In this document: piece by piece, positions 16,722 through 22,900 of the stretch
Layout: every line of letters begins with the position of its first letter
Numbering within the stretch: the stretch's first letter is position 1
Source: Candidatus Bipolaricaulota bacterium
Lineage (GTDB): Bacteria > Bipolaricaulota > Bipolaricaulia > UBA7950 > UBA9294
DNA length: 23,915 nt
Assembly (NCBI GenBank): GCA_040752575.1
Contig: JBFMGK010000027.1
Span: 1-23,915 of the forward strand
Direction: 5' to 3'
Program-made: the position numbers and the translations under genes
The notes under the pieces: generated by a model
Database searches by the model: none
The model's input: only the letters and a program-made list of their open reading frames with translations
Told to the model about the DNA's origin: nothing

Positions 16722-17215
16722 TCGAGGGGAAGGTCTGGAAATACGGTGACGACGTCAACACCGACGTCATCTTCGCCGGGAAGTACACGTACAAGCCGCT
16801 GACGCCTGCGGAGATGGCTGAGCACGCGCTCGAGGACCTCGATCCGTCGTTCGCAAAGGGCGTGAAGCCGGGCGACATCGTCGTCGCGGGAAAGAACTTC
16901 GGCTGCGGGTCGTCGCGCGAGCAGGCGGCGACGTGCATCAAGGCCGCCGGCGTCGCGGCCGTGGTGGCGGTGTCGTTCTCTAGGTTGTTCTTCCGAAATG
17001 CGATCAATGAAGGCCTGCCGGTGGTCGAACTCGCCGCAGGGACCGACTTCGTCCGCAAGGATGACCAGATCCAGATCGACTTCGAGAAGGGTGTCGTGAC
17101 CCACAATGGCAAGGGCTACCCGTTCCCAGCGCTGCCCAGGGAAGTCCTTGCGATCCTCAACGACGGCGGACTGATCCCGCACCTGAAAAAAGTGCTGGCC
17201 GGCTCGAGGGGCTAG
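16718..17215 (+). CDS. Aconitase-family hydratase small subunit (LeuD/HacB/DmdB type)
   Basis: MIEGKVWKYGDDVNTDVI, AGKNFGCGSSREQA, SFSRLFFRNAINEGLP, GGLI. ATGA overlap at 16718-16721 (the track start at 16520 is too early). Confidence 0.92.
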   Translation: MIEGKVWKYGDDVNTDVIFAGKYTYKPLTPAEMAEHALEDLDPSFAKGVKPGDIVVAGKNFGCGSSREQAATCIKAAGVAAVVAVSFSRLFFRNAINEGLPVVELAAGTDFVRKDDQIQIDFEKGVVTHNGKGYPFPALPREVLAILNDGGLIPHLKKVLAGSRG

Positions 17216-17635
17216 GTGGACGTCGACCGGGCTGGACTCGCGAAGGTCGCGCGGGAATGGATCAGTCTCTGGTGCGCGCCTGTCGACTGGGTGCGGTTCG
17301 ACCGCCTCCACAGCGACGACTTCGTCGACGAGTCCGCTGCCGGGCGCGCACCGACGAAGGCTGGCTTCGCCGCGGGTCTCGCCGAGCTCGTCGCCGCATT
17401 TCCGGATCTCGAGACGTGGGTCGACGACCTCGTCATCGACGAGCTGCGATCGCGCGTCGCCGTTCGCTGGAGCGCACGTGGTACCCATCGCCAGAGGTTT
17501 CTCGGCGTCGAGCCGACGGACCGCCGCACGACATTCTGTGGGATCGAGATCGTCGAGGTCCGAGGCGGCCGCATCACACGTCGCTGGGGCGAGTGGGACC
17601 TCTCGAGCACTCTCACGCATCCCAGTGCTGCGTAG
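17216..17635 (+). CDS. SnoaL-like ester cyclase / NTF2-fold protein
   Basis: LVAAFPDL, VAVRWSARGTHRQRFLGVEPTDR, GIEIVEVRGGRITRRWGEWD. Starts immediately after the previous stop. Confidence 0.85.
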   Translation: MDVDRAGLAKVAREWISLWCAPVDWVRFDRLHSDDFVDESAAGRAPTKAGFAAGLAELVAAFPDLETWVDDLVIDELRSRVAVRWSARGTHRQRFLGVEPTDRRTTFCGIEIVEVRGGRITRRWGEWDLSSTLTHPSAA

Positions 17636-17667
17636 GATGCCTTGCGGACGTCGCGCCCCTTCCGTGG

Positions 17668-19257
17668 CTACTCGCCCAGTGGCTCGAGCCCTGCACCGGC
17701 TCCGCCGCTTCGGAGGGCCAACGCCATCAACGAGGGGATGGGCAGCTGGCCGTAGGCCTCGAACCACGTCTCGCTTGTTGCCGCCCCCACGACGTTGCCT
17801 GCTTCATTCAGAAAGTAGAGGCGGCCGTCATCGAGCATCAGGCGGATCTCGTTGTCGCCATCGCCGTCGATATCTTCGAGATGGACTCCGGCGATTGCGG
17901 CATGGGACTGGAGGCCCGTGTCGGCGACAATCCGGTACCAGAGTTCGGTCCCCGCTTCGCCCCGGCCGGTGTAGACGGGACCCTGCCCCGAAATCCTCTC
18001 CGCCGAAAACGCGAAGACAGCCTCAGCGGCGATCCTGTTCGGCACGTACTGAGTCAGCGAGACATTGCGCGCCGTGAGAACGACCAGGCTCTCTGTCCGC
18101 CGCCCAACATGGCCTGCGGCAATGTGGGTGATACGCCCTGGGTGCCAGTACTCAGCAAGGACCTTGCCATTGAGCGATAGGATGACGAGCTTTGACGAGT
18201 GGGCATAGTGGTGCGAGAACGTGGCCAGGATTTCGTTGACGCCGTCGCCATCGAGGTCGTGAACCACCAGGCCGGACACATCGAATCCGTCGTGCGCTTC
18301 CGAGTGACCGTTGTAGATGCATTCCCCGTGAGGGATGGAGTACGTCCACAGCACGTGCCCGCGCGCCGAGTACAGCGTGATGGCGCCGTCGTCCTCGGAG
18401 CCCCAGATTGTCCCTGTGACGACGTGGTCGGGACGTGACTCCGAGGCCGTGCCGTGGCCACAAAACGCCGTGTAGTAGACCATCGGCGTGGCAGACGTGG
18501 CAACCCAAATCGATCGGAGCGCTGGCCGTTCCCCATTCACGACGGTAAGCGCCAGACGGTTCTCCGATGGTTCGAGTGCCGAGATCGTGAAGCCGCTGAG
18601 TAACGTGTACCCGAAGGCGCACAGGCCAATAACAAGGGACATAAGCAGGGCCATGGTGGCGGGCCTCCTTTTCCTTTGCCGCAGGCGCCGGAGTTCTACA
18701 AGCGCCCCAGGAGAGACAGGGATCGCGACGGCGCGATCGTTCGTCGGGTATTTCCCTTGACAGATCCCGACAAGATGGCCGTTCCTCAGAATAGGGCTGC
18801 CACTCTCTCCGTGGGAGATCGTGATGTCGCTGATGACCGCCATACCTGGCCCTGAGCCTCTCAGGCTGCAGATGGTCCCTGACCGCTCGTGGAACTGGTC
18901 TGCACAGCGCGTCTGAAGCACGATCCCCATTCCGGATGTGATCCGAGGAGCGCGCATCGGCAGATGTACAGGCGAGAGACCCGCTGGCGCACGGCCGGAG
19001 ATTCTCAGAAGGACGAGGCTATCGCCTTGGAGCGCAGGCGATGCCACGATGGACACCTGGCTTGCGGCATACGTTTCGCCGTCTACTGTTAAACGATCTG
19101 CAGAGCCCTCCTCAAGAAGGACCACCAAGTGATAGGGAACCAGAAGGAGGAACGGTCGTCGAAGGATGACAACGCCTACGCCCTGATCGGTACACATATG
19201 CGAAGAGAGGCGCAGGTCAGCAACGGAATACTTGGTCCTTCGGTGTGGGCGCATCAT
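17668..19257 (-). CDS. Single-pass membrane protein: N-terminal trypsin-like serine protease domain, TM helix, C-terminal FG-GAP/VCBS-like region
   Basis: QGVGVVI…LLLVPYH(43)LV, GD(79)SLVLLRI, ISHGES(152)GSPIL…GHLVGI. Basic RRLRQRKRR precedes a hydrophobic helix at ~200-221. Two Ca-blade-like motifs, HDLDGDGVNEIL and EDIDGDGDNEI. ATGA overlap with the XRE gene. Confidence 0.75.
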   Translation of the reverse strand: MMRPHRRTKYSVADLRLSSHMCTDQGVGVVILRRPFLLLVPYHLVVLLEEGSADRLTVDGETYAASQVSIVASPALQGDSLVLLRISGRAPAGLSPVHLPMRAPRITSGMGIVLQTRCADQFHERSGTICSLRGSGPGMAVISDITISHGESGSPILRNGHLVGICQGKYPTNDRAVAIPVSPGALVELRRLRQRKRRPATMALLMSLVIGLCAFGYTLLSGFTISALEPSENRLALTVVNGERPALRSIWVATSATPMVYYTAFCGHGTASESRPDHVVTGTIWGSEDDGAITLYSARGHVLWTYSIPHGECIYNGHSEAHDGFDVSGLVVHDLDGDGVNEILATFSHHYAHSSKLVILSLNGKVLAEYWHPGRITHIAAGHVGRRTESLVVLTARNVSLTQYVPNRIAAEAVFAFSAERISGQGPVYTGRGEAGTELWYRIVADTGLQSHAAIAGVHLEDIDGDGDNEIRLMLDDGRLYFLNEAGNVVGAATSETWFEAYGQLPIPSLMALALRSGGAGAGLEPLGE

Positions 19258-19682
19258 TCGGAGTCTTGTTCCGTCCTCAAACTGGCCGCGAGCTGACGCA
19301 ACGCATCGGCCAGTGCGAGTCGAGAGGAGTCGTCGGACATGGCTTGCCGGAGTCTCGAGATCAGCGCGTCGAGTTCCGCCGATGAGTCGTCGGCGGGTTC
19401 GGCGAGAGCTGTCGCCGGTTCACGCCTGGACGCTGGAGTTCCCAGGATGCGCTCGCGCAGTCGCTGTTCCCGTTCCGCCTGAGCAAGCGTCCACATCTCG
19501 ACTTCAGGCAGGCCGAGGACGGCGGCGATGGCGCTGACGATCGCCCGTGGCGGGGCCGACTTCCGCCCGCTCTCCAGGGCCGAGATGTAGGTGCTCGAAA
19601 CGCCGACACGGTCAGCCAGCTCGGCCTGCGTGAGCTTGGCATGGTTTCGTAGCGTTCGCAACTGCGTTCCGAAGGACCCCAT
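19254..19682 (-). CDS. XRE/Cro-C1 family helix-turn-helix regulator
   Basis: FGTQLRTLRNHAKLTQAELADRVGVSSTYISALESGRKSAP; Pro/Ala/acidic linker and C-terminal helices. GGAGG SD at 19688-19692 on the minus strand. Confidence 0.92.
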   Translation of the reverse strand: MGSFGTQLRTLRNHAKLTQAELADRVGVSSTYISALESGRKSAPPRAIVSAIAAVLGLPEVEMWTLAQAEREQRLRERILGTPASRREPATALAEPADDSSAELDALISRLRQAMSDDSSRLALADALRQLAASLRTEQDSE

Positions 19683-19717
19683 CCGTGCCTCCAGACCGGA
19701 CTGGTAAGGTTAAGTTC

Positions 19718-19746
19718 AGCATAGCGCGGATGGACTAACCAGGCAA
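19718..19746 (-). promoter_or_regulatory. Sigma70-type promoter for the XRE-protease operon
   Basis: Minus strand: TTGCCT (19746-19741), 17-bp spacer, TATGCT (19723-19718). Confidence 0.65.
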
Positions 19747-19749
19747 GTA

Positions 19750-19778
19750 TTGACCGAGATACACCACAGCGGTAGAAT
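19750..19778 (+). promoter_or_regulatory. Sigma70-type promoter for the HYR-repeat gene
   Basis: TTGACC (19750-19755), 17-bp spacer, TAGAAT (19773-19778). Confidence 0.75.
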
Positions 19779-19996
19779 ACACCCACCCGGTTGGTATATG
19801 CCGACCGAGATGACTGAAAGACATCGCGGTCCCACGCCTGGGAGCGTACACGTGCGTCGCGGTGTCCTCTCGACAGCACAGGAGGTGGTATCGCGAGCAG
19901 TCCAGGTGGTGCGACCTGAGCACAAGGCGGGTGTGCAGACCTCGTCTGCAGGAGCGGAGCCCGAGGGTTATGGTTTGTCCAGCAAGGAGGCGCAAG

Positions 19997-22900
19997 GTGG
20001 TAGGATTCACGCGCATGAAACGGGTCTGGGGTGTCGGGGTCATGCTCGCACTCCTGATCGCGGTTGGCTGTCTTCTCTACGCAGCCGACCCTGTTGCAGT
20101 CTGTAAATCTCACACGGTCTATCTCGACGCAAGCGGGAACGGCAGCCTCGTCCCCGCCGACGTCGACGGCGGCAGCTACGATCCGGATGAGAGCTCGCCA
20201 TACAATCTGAGCGTCGACATCTCGTCGTTCGACTGCAGTGACCTAGGTAACGTGTCTGTCACCCTGACGATCACGGAAGATCCTCCAGGAACGGCGTCGG
20301 CGAGCTGCGTGGCGACGGTGACGGTTGCCGACAACATAGCTCCCGTGATCTCCGGATGCCCCAGCAACATCACTGTCAACAACGACCCCGGAGTCTGCGG
20401 CGCAGCCGTTACCTGGACCTCGGCAACGGCCACAGACAACTGCGGCATCGCGTCGTTTGGACCCGACCATGCCTCAGGTTCCACGTTCCCTGTGGGGACG
20501 ACGACGGTGACCTACACGGCCATGGACACGTCCGGCAACTCGTCGACCTGTTCGTTTACCGTGACTGTCAACGATACCGAGGCGCCGGTCATCACCGGCT
20601 GTCCGTCGAACATCACGCAGGGAACGGACACGGGCCAGTGCCGAGCGCGGGTCTACTGGACGGCGCCGACGGCCACCGACAACTGCGGCGTGCTGTCGCT
20701 CGTGCCAAGCAAAACCTCTGGATCTTGGTTCAGCAAAGGGACCACGACGACCGTGACCTACACGGCCACGGACATCTACGGCAACAAGGCGACGTGCTCG
20801 TTCACGGTGACGGTCTACGACGATGATCCGCCCGTGATCTCGGGATGCCCTTCGGACTTCACGCAGAGCAACGATGCCGGGAAGTGCGATGCAGTCGTAA
20901 CCTGGACGGCTCCCACCGTGACCGACAACTGCACGGGCGTAACGATGACGCCCGACATCGCTCCGGGCTCGACGTTCCCGGTGGGAACGACTGCGGTGAC
21001 CTACACGGCGACGGACACGTCGGGCAACACCGCAACGTGCTCGTTCAACGTGACGGTTGTGGACAGCGAGGCGCCCGCGATCGCCGGATGTCCCGCGAAC
21101 ATCACGCAGAGCAATGATGTCGCGTTGTGCAGTGCGTCGGTCACCTGGGCAGCGCCGACGGCGACGGACAACTGCCCGGGCGTTGTCTTGATCAGCACGC
21201 ACGCTCCGGGCGACGTCTTCCCGCATGGAACGACCACCGTGACCTACACCGCGACCGACGGAGCCAGCAACACGGCGACGTGCACGTTCACCGTGACGGT
21301 CAACGACGCGGAAGCGCCCACGATTACCGGCGGCCCAGGGAACATCACCCAGAGCACGGATCCCGGAGTCTGCAACGCCGTCGTCACGTGGACCGATCCG
21401 GTCGCGGCCGACAATTGCGGCGTGGCCACGTTTGCACCCGACAAGGCCCCGGGCTCAACGTTCGCGAAGGGCACGACCACCGTGATCTATACAGCGACGG
21501 ACACGTCGGGCAATACAGCGGCGTACTCGTTTACCGTGAAGGTGCAGGACACGGAAGCGCCGGTGATCTCGGGCTGTCCGGGCGACATCACGGTGAATAC
21601 GGCGCCGGGCACGTGCTCGGCGGTCGTAAGTTGGACAGCGCCGACCCGCACCGACAACTGCGGCGTGACCTACTGGCAGCGGACGGCGGGGCCTGCCCCA
21701 GGGTCCAGTTTCCCGAAGGGCAAGACGACCATTACCTACACGGCAAAGGACGCGGCGAACAACGTCACGACCTGCACGTTCAACGTGATCGTCGTCGACA
21801 ACGAGTTGCCTGTGATCACGGGCTGCCCGTCGAACATCACCCAGAACACCGATCCCGGGAAGTGCAACGCGGTGGTGACCTGGACGGCCCCCACGGCGAG
21901 CGACAACTGCGGGATGGCATCGTGGACGTCGTCGCATAACCCAGGCGCCACCTTCCCGAAGGGGACGACGACGGTCAGCTACACCGCGGTCGACACGTCG
22001 GGCAACACGGCGACGTGCACGTTCAGCGTGACCATCGTTGACAGCGAGCTTCCGGTCATCACCGGCTGCCCGGCGAACATCACGAAGAACACTGACCCGG
22101 GACTGTGTACGGCGGTGGCGACATGGACTGCGCCGTCGGTCTCGGACAACTGTGGCGGCCTCGCCGCCTGGGGGCCCGACTACCCGTCGGGCTACGCATT
22201 CCCTGTGGGGGTCACGACGGTGACCTACACGGCGATCGACACGTCGGGCAACACGGCAACGTGCTCGTTCACTGTGACGGTCAACGAAGTGCAGCCTCCG
22301 ACGGCTGTCTGCAAGAACGCCACCGTGAGCCTTGACGCCCTCGGCCAAGCGACGGTTACCGCGGCGCAAGTCGACGGTGGAAGCACCGACAACTGCGGCA
22401 TCGCTACCCTGTCGGTCGCTCCGAGCGCATTCACCTGCGCGAATCTCGGCCCGAACACCGTTGTCCTGACGGTGACGGACTACGCGGGGAACAGCGCGAC
22501 CTGCAATGCGACGGTCACGGTGGCCGATCTGATTCCGCCGGTGATCAGCGGACTCCCGGGGAACATCACGCAGGCCAATGATGCCGGAGTGTGCGGCGCC
22601 GTTGTCTCGTGGGCGGCCCCATCGGCGACGGACAACTGCAGCATCGCCTCGTTCACGACAACGCACTCCTCGGGCAGTTTCTTCAGCGTGGGCAGCGCCA
22701 CCACGGTGACCTATACGGCGGTCGATGGTTCGGGCAACAGCACGACCGGATCGTTCACGGTTACCGTAACGGACACGGAGCTGCCGACGATCACATGCCC
22801 GGCGAACATCTCTGTGGGCACCGATACCGGGGTCTGCAGCGCGAGCGGCGTGAGCCTCGGCTCGCCCACCACGTCGGATAACTGCTCCGTCGCGAGCACG

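Larger units (their letters stand above)
19695..19796. promoter_or_regulatory. Four candidate operator boxes ACC-N5-(G/A)GTA
   Basis: ACCGGACTGGTA 19695-19706; ACCAGGCAAGTA 19738-19749; ACCACAGCGGTA 19763-19774; ACCCGGTTGGTA 19785-19796. Confidence 0.5.

Noticed and set aside
15450..17215. Calling these genes leuC/leuD of leucine biosynthesis
   Set aside because: No leuA/leuB or ilv context, and the genes are coupled to cit-like genes. The substrate cannot be assigned from sequence.
279..17767. Long overlapping alternative-frame ORFs (e.g. 279-1361, 1243-2220, 4142-5302, 7869-9314, 10537-12159, 13185-14993, 16322-17767)
   Set aside because: Typical high-GC shadow ORFs, Arg/Pro-rich, overlapping well-supported genes.
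17668..19682. Prophage repressor or trypsin-based anti-phage defence locus
   Set aside because: No phage genes, NTPase or nuclease partners. The TM plus extracytoplasmic domain and the divergent surface protein fit envelope signalling better, though defence is not excluded.
19785..19996. c-di-GMP riboswitch in the adhesin leader
   Set aside because: I could not match the GEMM-I or GEMM-II consensus by eye. Kept only as an unassigned structured leader.
19750..20106. 118-aa ORF (and antisense 19361-20113) in the XRE-HYR intergenic region
   Set aside because: It starts inside the -35 box, overlaps the HYR gene out of frame, and has no recognisable motifs or SD.
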